64,000 bases of DNA from Sphaerodactylus townsendi (lineage: Eukaryota), in the NCBI RefSeq assembly GCF_021028975.2, contig NC_059431.1, positions 68,200,001-68,264,000 of the forward strand. The letters are read 5' to 3'. The notes under the pieces were generated by a model, which saw nothing but the letters and a program-made list of their open reading frames with translations, had not been told where the DNA came from and did not search any database. Shown here piece after piece: positions 25,120 through 37,485 of this stretch; the first letter of the stretch is position 1, and each line of letters starts with the position of its first letter. The translations under genes and the position numbers were made by a program.

Positions 25120-25172
25120 GGAAACCACACAGCACCCCAGTGATTCCGGCTGTGAAATCCTTCGACAATACA
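25120..25172 (+). mobile_element. Penelope-like 3' end fragment
   Basis: ggaaaccacacagcaccccagtgattccggctgtgaaatccttcgacaatac matches the 3' end of 7689-7906. Confidence 0.75.
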
Positions 25173-25183
25173 GATATTAACAT

Positions 25184-25440
25184 TCACAATATCATTTTTC
25201 CAATTAAATTTAATTTAAAAAAAACATTACTTTGGGGGTCATATAGTCTATTTGATGTAAAAGAAACTTGTAGTTGAAGGGGCAGATGATATCCCTCGAC
25301 ACATGGGAGGACCTGGAATTTTTGAATTTTTGTCAGTAAGGAACTGCACACAAGCATATAGCCTATTGTGCTTCCTCTGTTGCCTGCGACAAATGTCAGT
25401 TGGGGGTCAAACTTTAACAGCTGATATCCTGATGGCATTC
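25184..25440 (-). mobile_element. Degenerate LINE APE endonuclease fragment
   Basis: LTFVAGNRGSTIGYMLV...EGYHLPL resembles TF...S.IDY...SDH.P and the 13989-14372 fragment. Confidence 0.6.
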
Positions 25441-25559
25441 ATGAAAGGCTACTAACAGCATTCAAAGAATTGAACTTAAATATGAGGGAAATGTGTGTGC
25501 TTTCATTTCCACTGGTTTGTGTGCATTTTATTTATTCTATGTAAAAAGAGGACAACCCT

Positions 25560-26420
25560 AGGTTGTTATTTTTTTAAAAAAAACAGCAGGTTCAAAAGCT
25601 TTGGGAAGCCATCTTGAAACAGGCATGGCCACCTGAGGGATAGCTGCTTTGTTCCTCTAGATCCCTGCTCTCCTAAAAGCCCTTTGTTCATGGCTGCCAT
25701 AAAAAACAAAGGGTCAGTTTTTGACACGGCTCTTAGAAATGTTCTTATTATTGTGTTTGTTTATCCAACATCCTTCCATCTAAGAAGGAAGCCTGGAAGT
25801 AACTTTGGTGTTTAGAAGCAGCTGTCTGAAGAAGAGCAAGAAGAATGAGAACTGTGGGAGAATGCAGAGGGGGAAAGCGAGGAGAGGAGGCAAAGGAAAA
25901 TAAGGAGCAGAGCTTTTGCCTCAGGCTATTAGCAAACAGCCTGTGAAAGCCTTTGCCTTAAACATACTCACACACACAGTTGGGCAGCCTGTGACTCAAA
26001 CTGTCATTTCCTTGTAAGGAACAAGTACCGTTAAAGCCTTGGTTCGATGTGGGTGGGCGCCTGCGAAGACACACTGTCTCATCCCATTCAGGAACTGCCC
26101 TCTGTCACTGCAGTCATGGTAGTCTGAATGTTTGTTGTTTGAGTAAATAAACCAGTCAGTGTCTCAGGCTAGCTGTGAATTCTCTTTCCTCCCACCATAT
26201 AGAGCCCTTGCTTCCATCCCTAGGGAACAGAGGGGGAAGGGGGGGAGCAGTCCAATAGCAACAACAAGATGAAAAAATTGGGGGGAGATCCAATGCCACC
26301 CACTAAGCTCTAACCTTCAAACAATCAGTGACCAAATTATGTCAGTACAGACCCTAGCAGCATCCTGTTAGCACTTGGCTTTTTGAATATGGAGTGGAAT
26401 AGGGACTGATTTTGAAAGCC
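25560..26420. promoter_or_regulatory. Candidate conserved non-coding block
   Basis: Unique sequence with forkhead (TGTTTGTTT, GTAAATAAAC), SOX (AACAAAG), HOX-like (CCATAAAA) and GLI-like (TGGGTGGGC, GCCACCCA) motifs. Confidence 0.35.
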
Positions 26421-27487
26421 ACTTGCTTTAAAAAGAAAACCTTGAGAAAATAAATTCTCACCAAAGGCCTGAGTTGTTTGCCAATAAGACATAGTCCAGA
26501 ACCCAAATTTGACAAAAGTTCAGAATTTGGGTTTCCCCTTTAACTTGCTTCCTTAAAATTCCACTTCTCTTATAGCTAAAAAAAATAAAAATCAAACCTC
26601 TTGTCCAGTTTGTGGAAATTCATCTACTTGTGACTGACCTACTTTCAAAAGTGAAAAAGGCAGAAGTTTTATTTTTAAAAATCAAAAACTGCATGCCTGT
26701 TTGCCTGGGGTTTTCTTTGGGGTGGGGGGTTGGATGGTAAATAGCCAATGTTTAATGCATACTATTTGGACAATAGTTATATATAGGCAATAGTTATGCA
26801 TGTATTAAAAGAAAAAATATCACCCCAAAAAACTTTTCCTAGCTTATTTTCTAATAATCACTTCAAAAGACAAAGACACACACTAGATATTAAGAAAATG
26901 TCAGTGAATTTGCAGTACAAGTTTGAACAGACATGTACTCTTCTAACTCCACTGAAGTAAATGAGTAACTCACTCTAGTACTGTACTGTTAGTTTCTTCT
27001 CACTCTTAGATTATTTTTTGCTTTCTCCATAACTCTCTTTGTTTTGTGGTTGGCCAGAATTCTTTTGTTAAGTCTCATCATGAGGCATCTGTGGGACTTG
27101 GAAATTTTGTTTTAAGTCTGCCATGGCAAACATGAGACCCAGAAGTACAAACTGTGGTGCACAGATGATGTACTATTATTTCTCTAACCTTCACTGTGTT
27201 GATGTGCACACCATTCTTTCAAATTTATGTCATTTTCACAGCAGAAACTAGACATTGAAACAAAGGCCTGATCTGTCCTCTGTAAACATCCACTCAGTAG
27301 GTACAGTATTTTCAAAGCCAAAGATAATGTTGGGACCATTAGAGAAAAGGATTTATAAAAAGTTTATATATTATATTTAAAACATTTATATGCCACCTTA
27401 ACATGGCTCAAAAATTGAAATGATAAAATGATGAACATAAAGTTATTAAAATTCACAGCCATTAAAAAGATCATTAAAAAGAAGGAT

Positions 27488-29045
27488 GAAAGGATGACAG
27501 GGAGATTGTAGAGAAGCTGAATGAATTCTTTGCATCTGTCTTCACCCAAGAGGAGATGAGGAAAATTCCTGCACCTGAACCAAGATTCTTAGGAGATGAA
27601 CCCGAGGAACTAGCAAAGATAGTGGTAGACAAGAAAGAAGTTCTGGCAGCCATTTATAAACTAAATGCTACCAAATCCTCTGGCCCAGATTGCATTCACC
27701 CAAGAGTTCTTAAGGAGCTCAAGCATGAAATTGCTGTTCTTACTTTAATATGCAACTTATCCCTGAAATCGGCCTCCATCCCTGAAGACTGGAAGATGGC
27801 CAATGTCACACCAATCTTTAAGAAAGGATCTAGGAGGGACCAAAGGTAAGTACCTAGTCCAGTCAGTTTTGACATCTGTTCCTGAAGTAAATTTAGTACA
27901 GAATCTGCTCCATTAAAGATAAAATTATAAAACATGTAGAAACGCAAGACCTGCTGAGGAAAAGCCAGCATATGAAGCTTTTGCAGAACAAGTCCCTGCC
28001 TTACCTAAAATCCTACTTCAGGAGGTTGGCTTTGACTGTGTAAACAGGCATGTGGATAAGGGGGAACTGTGGACATTGTCTACTTGGATTTCCAAAAGGC
28101 TTTTGACAAGTTCCTCACCAGAGACTATTGAGAAAACTGAGCAATCAAGGAATAAGTGGGGAAGTCCTTTTGTGGATTCAAAACTGGTTGAGAAACAGGA
28201 AGCAAAGGGTGGGTGTAAATGGGAAGTTCTCACAATGGAGAGATGTCGGGAGTGGTGTCCCCCAAGGATCCGTTTTGGGACCAGTGCTCTTTAACCTATT
28301 CATAAATTAACCTGGAAGTAGGGGTGATCATTAGGAAAGGAATTGATAATTAGGATAATTAGGAAAGGAATTTCCTATGATAATTAGGAAAGGAATTGAT
28401 AATAAAACTGCAAAGATTATCATGCCCTTATATGAAGCAGCGGTGCAACCGCACTTGGAGTTCAGTTCTGGTCACCAAATCTCAAAAAGGATAACAAAGA
28501 GATAGAAAAAGTGCAGAGAAGGGCAAAGAGGATGATTGAGGGATTGGAGCACCTTCCTTATGAGGAGAGGCTGCAGTGTTTGGGACTCTTTAGTTTGGAG
28601 AGAAGACGTCTGAGGGGGGATATGATTGAAGTCCATAAAATTATGCATGCGGTAGAAAAGGTTGACAGAGAGAAATTTTTCTCTCTTTCTCACAATACTA
28701 GAACCAGGGGGCATTCATTGAAAATGCTGGGGGGAAGGACTAATAAAAGGAAACATTTCTTCACACAACGCGTGATTGGTGTTTGGAATATGCTGCCACA
28801 GGAGGTGGTGATGGCCACTAACCTGGATAGCTTTAAAAGGGCTTGGACAGATTTATGGAGGAGGAGTCGATCTATGGCTACCAATCTTGATCCTCCTTGA
28901 TCTGAGATTGCAAATGCCTTAGCAGACCAGGTGCTCAGGAGCAGCAGCAGCAGCAGCAGGCCATTGCTTTCACATCCTGCATGCGAGCTCCCAAAGGCAT
29001 CTGGTGGGTCACTGTGAGTAACAGAGTGCCGGACTAGATGGACCC
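27488..29045 (+). mobile_element. 5'-truncated CR1 LINE (degenerate ORF2 reverse transcriptase and 3' UTR)
   Basis: Hallmark peptides [78 protein letters not shown]. Frameshifts and an internal deletion near 28320-28400 with short tandem repeats. Confidence 0.95.
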
Positions 29046-29182
29046 ACACCAGCCCAGCTCTTCCAACCAGGTTGGCATGGGGGAGGAGGGGGTGGGGGCA
29101 TTGTGCCTGGGGTCATTTGACTCCCCTGTCCCCATGGGCGGTATGCCACTGGCTGCAACGATAGGACATACTGGAAAACATT

Positions 29183-29429
29183 GGGCCTTTCCCCACTTAC
29201 ATTTTGCAGCGCGCTACTCTGAGCGCGAACGATTTCCACCCCGGGGTTGTGTTCCCCAGTCAGAAGGTGACGTTTTCTTCAGCGTCAAAAATGACGCATG
29301 CTGAAGGGACGTTAGAGCGCAGAGTCAGGGTGGCTGCGTTGTCGCCGCCCGGACTCGTGGGGAGCACCGCTGGACCACGCGCTATTTGGGGGCAGTAGCG
29401 TGCAGCAAATGGTAGGTGGGGAAAGGGCT
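29183..29429. mobile_element. CpG-rich PIF/Harbinger-like MITE
   Basis: TIRs gggcctttccccac / gtggggaaagggct, 3-bp TSD att, extended palindromic interior. Confidence 0.75.
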
Positions 29430-29545
29430 ATTGATTCATAGAGTCACCATGAGTCAGAAGTAAATTAATGACACTTAACACACACATATCTGAGTATTTG
29501 TTATCAGTATCAGTTATGAATTATGAGTATCATCATAACTCACTA

Positions 29546-29801
29546 CCGTGTTTCCCCAAAAATAAGACAGGGTCTTATATTAATTTTTGCTCCAAAAGAT
29601 GTGTTATGGCTTAATTTCAGGGAATGTCTTACTTTTTCCCATGATTTTGCGCCCCCCACATGACCAAATCAGCTGCACTAGGGAATCTGTAACTAGGGCT
29701 TATTTTTGGAGTAGGGTTTATATTTCAAGCATCCTCCCAAAATCCCAAAAATCATCCTGGGGCTTATTTTGGGGGTAGGTCTTATTTTCAGGGAAACAGG
29801 G
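29546..29801. mobile_element. Tc1/mariner (Tc2-type) MITE
   Basis: TA-flanked TIRs ccgtgtttccccaaaaataagac / gtcttattttcagggaaacaggg; repeated ggcttatttt subterminal motifs. Confidence 0.85.
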
Positions 29802-30019
29802 TAAAACCTCAAACTTTCATATTGTGAACCTTAACCATTATCCCACATTTTAGTCCACATTCTTCACATCATGAAGCCTGTACATTAAAAACTACACTTT
29901 TCAACATTTACACTTGTTCTTGTCCCTATGCCTGCCACTCTGCTATCAGGAAGTCCCAACTTCTATGCAGGTTTAAAGTCTTGCTATCTAGCACAAAATG
30001 GAAATCTCAAGATCTAGAG

Positions 30020-30158
30020 CAGGGGTCTGCAACCTGCGGCTCTCCAGATGTTCTGGGACTACAATTCCCATCAGCCCTTGCCAGCATGGCCAATTGGCAG
30101 GGGCTGATGGGAATTGTAGTCCAAGAACATCTGGAGAGCCGCAGGTTGCAGACCCCTG
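30020..30158. mobile_element. Palindromic hAT-Charlie MITE
   Basis: TIRs caggggtctgcaacc / ggttgcagacccctg; TSD atctagag/atctagaa (Charlie-type TCTAGA target); near-perfect hairpin. Confidence 0.9.
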
Positions 30159-30639
30159 ATCTAGAAGATCCCAAAATAACCACTTTGGTGTCCTGTTGAG
30201 GATATCTTTAACTAAAGAATCACAGAATAACAAAATATGACCAGTGGTCTCAATCATGCCAGAGGCACAATGACAAAGGCATCGAAGAGTGGAATATTAG
30301 CAAATTAGTTCGGCTGTAGTCAAAACATTCAGTCTACCTAGCATAAATGTTCAGCTAGGAACAGTAAGGCATTTTAAATATGAAGGACGATTTGCAGGTG
30401 GGAAGATTCGAAGAGATAGGGTAGGGCATAAATGGCTAGGTTGAAACTTCATGCTAATTCTATCAAGTTTGTTTACCCTCTTTTTGATTTCTCTCAATGC
30501 TTTCTAATAGCCCATATTTTGGATCATTATAATGGAAAGACAAAAACACTTGAATTTGCTATCCACAAACGTCATCTAGGTACTTTAGTAAGTATCATCC
30601 CTTAGAAAATATAAAAGAATTCCATCAGAGAGTGATACT

Positions 30640-31468
30640 GGTGATTTCCCCACTGAAAAACCTGTTTACAACCAGGTTTCAAAAGAAACAACACCTTTTC
30701 ATCATGGTTTCACCCTCCCACTGCAGCATGTGTCTGATGAGGACATCGATGTCTATCACAGTTTCAAACAGTGCAGCACTCCCCACGAACATGCGATCTG
30801 CTCAGCGGCTCTGTTGTTCCTCATCCTGATTGGCTGTTCTGTTGTGTTGGGATGGGAATTTTTTTAACCTTTTTTTTTGCGCAGCTACGTCACTATGTAG
30901 ATTCGTAGACAGAATTTCCCTGCCTATGCGGTAAGGAGCTTTCTTCTGATTGGCTATTGTGTTGGAGCAGGAACGAAAGCTGTTTTTCGCACACAGCTGC
31001 ATTTATGCGCAGCTTCGACATTTTATAAACTCTTTACACTTGCAGGTTTGTTGGCCCAAAAGTCTAATTTCTGTTTACAATTTACAGTCGGCACACAAGT
31101 CAAAGAACGTTTCCACATAGCCATGTTTCAACGTAGCCTCCACTGGCACGAAACAAAAAAAAGGGCTGCGCACACTTTGCACACAGACCACTGCGCTCTG
31201 ATTGGCTGGAAGGCTCCACATCACTCCCTATGGCGGGAAAATAAACCTAGATTCTGTCCCCTGAACTTCCCCACTGATCCGGCTTCAGCTCGTGTTTTTA
31301 AAAAAGGTGCACTTCCATGCAGGTTTCTAAAAAACATGTGATAAAGGGGAGAGCGTGCGCCAGAACCGGGATGAATCTGTGATCAGCAGTTAAGCAGTAG
31401 GGAGTTCTTGCTAAAACCTTGATATTTCGCATGAGTATCACATGATTAATTGACCGTGGGAATCGACC
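30640..31468. mobile_element. Non-autonomous Harbinger-like element
   Basis: TIRs ggtgatttccccac / gtgggaatcgacc; 3-bp TSD act; shares internal blocks with 37879-38548. Confidence 0.75.
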
Positions 31469-32370
31469 ACTGAAAAAAAGAAAGGAAACTGCAGACAAAA
31501 ACAACAGCTTCTAAAATTGTTTCCTGAGAAATACAAGGAAAATGACCAATCCAAAACTGAGCCTGATGTTGAGACAGCAAAAAACAAAGGAAGACAGAGA
31601 GTGCTTGTGGGTCTATTGCAATTTAACTAATATCGCACTAGTTACAAAAGCAGAGTCCCAAGCATACAGTTTGGCCTCCCTCCACTCTGAGGATTCAAGT
31701 TTGACTCTTTACTTTGTTCCAAGGGAATAAAGAAAAGAAAAAAAATGTGACCCTGACCTCCTTTTACTCTCATACACACAAATGATTCTTTTTAATATTC
31801 AGATGAGCTGTGACATGAAGAAGGCCCGTGAGAACAAACACCTGCCATTTCTTTGGGCAGCATTTTAAACAGACATTAGCTATACAGTTTTGAAGCAAAT
31901 TTGATATATTATTGCGACAGATATCTTTCAAAATTACCAAGTGTCTCCCTTTTGGTGCCCACAAACCTCTTCCCTGATGCATTAAAAAAATCAACACTTT
32001 TTGTGAATGAGTGCAATGGGGAACAGGATTTTAGCTAATCCTGAAGAAGTAATCCAAAATTGGCTACTAGAGTCCTGGATTGGGATACCTTTAATTGGGC
32101 TAATTCTAGTAGGTTTTTAAAACATTATGATACTTTAATTACACATAGGATTTTATTAGGTCTAGGTCATGAGAATAATTTCAAATAAGATATTTAAGTC
32201 TTGCATAACCTGACTGATGGTGCCTTTTTGATAGCTTGAGTTAGCAGAATAAAACTTCCAACATCTCTGAACATTAAAGCATATATGGGTCACATGTTCA
32301 GCCATTAGAATCAAGATTACAAATAATCAATGTTGCAAAAGAAAATATTAGAGTTTACAAGATCAGCAAA

Positions 32371-32819
32371 TGTAGTAATGCACTGCTGACCCAGCAGCAC
32401 CGTGGTAGAACGTTGGCACACCAACGGACCTACGGCCTTCTGGTCGCACCGCACCCCCACTCCTCAACCCCGTATGAGTCACGGGTCATGAACTATCTGG
32501 CTCAGTCACCGGGCGCAGGGACAATGGTCTTGCCCCCAGGTGAGGATTAGGCTTAGACGCTTACGCTCTTCCGCAAGACGTAGCCAGGTGAGATCATGCA
32601 TCACATGATGATCTCCCCGACCTCCCGGGCCTCCCGGAACTCCCTCCGTTCCTCCCTTCTACACGCCCCCGATAGAATCACAATAAAAGGTGCCAGGAAC
32701 CAGCACGCGGGAGACTCGCTAGGAACACGGACCTCCGCGCTCCCGCTGCTGGCGATCTCCACCAGATGTTATCTCCGCGTCTCGTCTCGTTTTTGCGCTG
32801 ACCACGTGGGTCGACTACA
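32371..32819 (+). mobile_element. Young solo LTR (449 bp) of a retrovirus with 6-bp TSD
   Basis: Begins tgtagt and ends actaca (perfect 6-bp inverted termini); TSD agcaaa (32365-32370, 32820-32825); CpG- and C-rich; AP-1 TGAGTCA; AATAAA at 32682-32687. Confidence 0.9.
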
Positions 32820-33879
32820 AGCAAATATGTGTCTCCAATTTCATTTGGGGGAAAATGTTGAAATGAATATCTACTATATCAACCATTTTTCTGGTATTAA
32901 ATGGCTGCTTTATAAGCAAAAGCAACTTGTGTCAGGACTAGTAAAATTGGCAATAAATAACATTTCTCTTTATTCCACAAGATCTGCAACATGTGTGTCC
33001 TGAGAGCACTTAGCTAACTACATTTTCTTGACATTATCCAATGAATTTATCTTGAACTAGAATCACAAAGATATTATTATTTTTATTTTTTAAATAAGGG
33101 CGGTCATTTTGCACTGCAGATGATGCAACAAGTAGGAGAGTGGTATGAACGGTGACCTTCTTCAACACCAGCAACAAGGACACCTATGCTGGGCTTCTGC
33201 CTGTTCCCTAGTAGCAAAGCCACATTAAGAAGTTGGAAAGCAGGGGATGTGTCTTCATATAAACTGTAGGACACTCTAGAGTGAAACTAGCTACCAGTCC
33301 AGCACATTATCATGCTTCAAATAGATCAGATTATGTCTTTTACATTTTTACTAATAGAATAAATAGCACAGTTTACCTTCTGTTCTCACAAGATTGGTTT
33401 ATCATATATGAGAACAACAGTTTTCCTGGCACAAAGCAGGAAAAAACATAAAGCAGATCTATTTTGTGGAGACGGATTAGAATGTGTATAAATTTGTATT
33501 TAATCAAGAAACATGGAAGTCATAGAACCAAGAATTTGATGAATCAAAATGGGTTCTGTGTATACAGACCAGCAAGCCTGCATTTTTGCAGTAGGTCAAA
33601 AGGCAGGTTACCAGCTTGCTAGTGAAGATGCAGGCAGGTACAGATACACATCTTTGGGATCTTGTAACTACAGGCTACTACGTGACAGAAGCCATATACA
33701 TTTATTACTCTGTTTTTGGGTTAGAAATGAATGTGATTAATTAAATAAGGAAAAAGTGTTTTTCTATATAGTTAAATGAACACAGAAATGATAATGAGAG
33801 ATTCACATGTATTAGTATTTCACTATAATTATATTGTGTTAGAATCAGTGTATGTAAAATCTTTTAAATGTTTTAACAT

Positions 33880-34510
33880 TTCATGCTGGTAAGGAAGTTT
33901 TATGATGGTAAGGAATGCTGCATTGCTTAAGGACATCTCTCTCTGGGAGAAACTTAGCAAAACGGGTTTTTCTTGGAGATAGAGTCTAGCTTTATGGCAG
34001 CCCTTTGCATATGCCTAGAGGGCCATAAGCTAACAGCATGCAGCGTTTGAGTAACAGAAGGAACATAGAATAAGAGGCTGTCTTACTGTGACCAGGAGAC
34101 AGATTCTGTCCAATGAGATTTGAACATACATGCTTGTAGCACGTGAAAGGGGTATGGATTAATACGTGAAACTTAAGGGGATGAACCGTGTGACGTCTGT
34201 ACTCTTTGCATCTATAAAGACTGGGGTCTTTCATATGCTGGGTGTGACTCTCACTCGAGAGCCACCCGGAAGGGGGCGTGTCTCTCATTCGAGGGCACCC
34301 GGGGCGTGTCTCTCCCTCAGGAGAGTTCACCTTCTGTAACTTTTCTAAATTCTGCTAAGTAAAAACTGTCTGTTTGTTTCTAATGTCAGATGTCTTTTGC
34401 TTTTATTTCTAACTTAGTTTTTCTTAAACTAATTCTGCTGTGTAGGACCAGAGACGTGGTCCTGGCCCCACAGTTTATTTTATTCCTACCCTGCGCCTTT
34501 CTCACCAAGG
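33880..34510 (+). mobile_element. Probable ERV solo LTR, boundaries uncertain
   Basis: Octamer-like ctttgcatatg, CCAAT, TATA (ctataaag ~34211), duplicated cacccgg..ggggcgtgtctctc, AGTAAA, T-rich U5; TSD not resolved. Confidence 0.55.
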
Positions 34511-34980
34511 CTGGGCCCAGGATAGTTAGATGCTACAAGCAGCAGAATCTCTTCCTGTCTCTATTCCTACTAATGTCTGATATAACACTTTTTAATTTAC
34601 TGCTTATTTATAAAAGAATTTATATTCTTATTTTCCCATTTAGTTGTTCAGCCCAAAATATGCAATTATAATAAAATCAGTCAAACTGATTAGTGAGCAT
34701 TAGAATGTGAACAGTGGTTAAAAATCACAGCCAAGAAATCGGTGCAATAATAAAAGCACTAGAGAAACTATGATTTCACCAGCAATATCTTTATTCACCA
34801 AAAATAAAAACAAAATATTCCATCAGAAGCTGTGAGAAAAAATAAGAACAAGACAAAGCTAAAGGAAGAATAAAACAAAGAGTCCTTGACTTTCATCTCC
34901 GGTGAAGGCACTGAATGAATCTCCCACATCCAGCACATTATAGGATGATGTGATGACAGCATAGAAAAGTCAAGAGCATA

Positions 34981-35121
34981 GGCCCCTTCCGCACTCGCAA
35001 AATAATGTGTTTTCAAACCACTTTCACAACTGTTTGCAAGTGGTTTTTGCCATTCCGCACAGCTTCAAAGAGCACTGAAAGCAGTTTGAAAGTGCATTAT
35101 TCTGCATGTGCGGAATGAGCC
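34981..35121. mobile_element. 141-bp Harbinger-like MITE
   Basis: TIRs ggccccttccgcac / gtgcggaatgagcc; 3-bp TSD ata; second copy at 39186-39326. Confidence 0.85.
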
Positions 35122-36961
35122 ATAGAGATAGCTAAGGCATTTCTTTCCATGAAAATGCGCATTAGATATACCTACCAAAGTTGGCAAAAGAAGCTACTAA
35201 GGCAAAAGAGTCACACACACATGCCCCAAGCTGAACCCTCACTGAATTGTGGAAGGAAAAAAATCAGAATGTGAACCAAGGTGTGAGATGGCGGTGGAGT
35301 TCTCACACACTGCTATAAGCCTATTTTTTGATGACCAGCCAGCTTGATACTAAAACTCCAAGCCAAAGCAGGAAAAAGCCCTGAGAGAATGATCTCTGGA
35401 AAACACACCGGTGAGGCCACCCAGCAGCTCTTTTTCTGAGCTGAGATTTGATAGGAGTCCATCCAACACTTTCCTTTGAACCAACCTTACCCTGCCGTAG
35501 GCCAGACAGTAAGGAATACATTTAGCTATAAATAACTTCCTTTGACTGAAGATGCAAATGCATAAATGCCAGATTCATTAGAGAAGCATATGTTCAAAGA
35601 TCTCTAAGAATGATTCCCTTTATGTCATCCTTTTAGACAAAAGACAAATGGAGCCCCTACTTCTAGTGTAGGCTGTAGGCATCATTATGAGATCCATCTT
35701 GAATTTAGTCATGGAGGTCTGGTATCAGTGTACCCCACAGGTACTTGTCATTGCTCTCAAATGTCCAGTAACGCACAGTTGGATTTGATCAATTCTTCCT
35801 TTGGAAAATCTGCAACAGATCCAAAATGGTGTAGTAAAGCAAATGTACATTCCATCGGAAATTTAAAACATGTAAACAGGCTGACAGAAATCATCAGAGG
35901 GATGTGAGAAACTTGTAAATTAACAACAAATGCTGAGGGAAAATGATCAGGACAAATGCAATGATGTTTTTTCACGAGCACACAGAAAGTCTAATCTTCA
36001 GCTTCAAAAACAGATGGTGTACTGAACATCGGATACCCAAAAAGCAGAGAGATCTTTGGCAGATGGCCATTGAAATATAAACAAATGCAATTTGTTGTGC
36101 TTTGTCTTTTACATTTTTTCCTTTTTTTAGTTATGTGAAAACAGTTTGCTACATTCATCATAGACTACATTTTCATTTTAAGACTTGGGTAAGAGCTGGA
36201 AATTCTGCAAACTGCTAGCATGATATGGAATATTAACAAGGGTTGGCTGGCACAGTTACGGTACTTTCCACTCCAGATGTGTAGACCCTGCCTGGGATTC
36301 AGGCAGCACACAGTGAGGTGAAGAAAGAGAAGTATGAACTGGGTTGCAGACTGGTGATATTGCTGTGGAAATTGCTGCTGCCTCTATACATGTATCACCC
36401 AGCTTGTATATCTTTTTTTGCATTTGCCTTAGGATGGGTCTATGACTAATTGTTTGAAGAAGGGAATGCACTTGTGGTGCCCAAGTCTCTAAAAATATCC
36501 TTTAAAATGAGGTTACTAAATAGGTACTTAAAATATTTATGCTCCACCTTTTCAGACATCTGCTCAATGTGTCTCAAAAACGATAACATTGTGAACTCAT
36601 CTAAGGCAACTAAAAAGGCTATCAACCTCTAACAAGGAGAGAAAAATCTCAGAAGAATTTGAAAACATCTTAGTTTATGCAATTTACCACTCTGCACTGA
36701 AAAAGGGGTGGAGGCTGGACAAGGAGTAAACATTTCAGCTCTCATCTGATAGGTGAGGGATAAGACCAGAACAGAAAAGAGATAAAGTGGTGATGGGGGT
36801 GGGGTGGATCAAAGAGTACAGTAGCAAAATAGCTTGCAAACGCTGCAGTGTCAGTATCAGACAACTGGTCAATATGGAGAGTATGCACCTCTCACTTTCT
36901 GTTGTGATTTTTACAATGATGGGCTCAGTCAAAATGAGTGTGCTACTGATTGTGGGGGATC

Positions 36962-36996
36962 ACAACAGCAACAGCAGCAGCAACAACAGCAACAAC
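36962..36996 (+). repeat. (CAA/CAG)n trinucleotide repeat
   Basis: acaacagcaacagcagcagcaacaacagcaacaac. Confidence 0.8.
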
Positions 36997-37485
36997 ACTG
37001 CCAAGCAAGAGGAATAGATTGCCCAAGAATTAACTCCTTGTCATACTTCAGGTTTGTTCAAGAGTTGCCTTTCAGTTTGCCTAAAGCTTGTGTCCTGGTA
37101 GAAGTTAACCAGAGCAAATTCCATTGTGACTTCACTGGAGTTTTGTTTGCATTACTTGGAACCTGGACTAAAATTTTAATATTCCTAGTATCCTGATTAT
37201 GGTGGCTCACATTATGATTGCTATGCCAAACAGCCAGGCACTTGGTTTACTAACTTCTGGCAGAATGCAACATAGTACACAAAATCTATCACATGCAGAT
37301 CAGATGTGATGATCTAACAGGTGTATTTAATTTCATTCCTATAAACAGAAAGTAACTTGGAATGTTCATTGGAGTATGATACCGTATGAGCCTTTATATG
37401 TTCTAGTCTAGGTTGTTGATACTTGATTATTAGAGGATTTTCTGTTTCTGAGTTATTTGATCATACTGTGAAATGCCTGGGAGAC

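Noticed and set aside
36834-37196. PolyQ-containing ORF
   Set aside because: CAA/CAG microsatellite in non-coding context; non-ATG start and no splice support.
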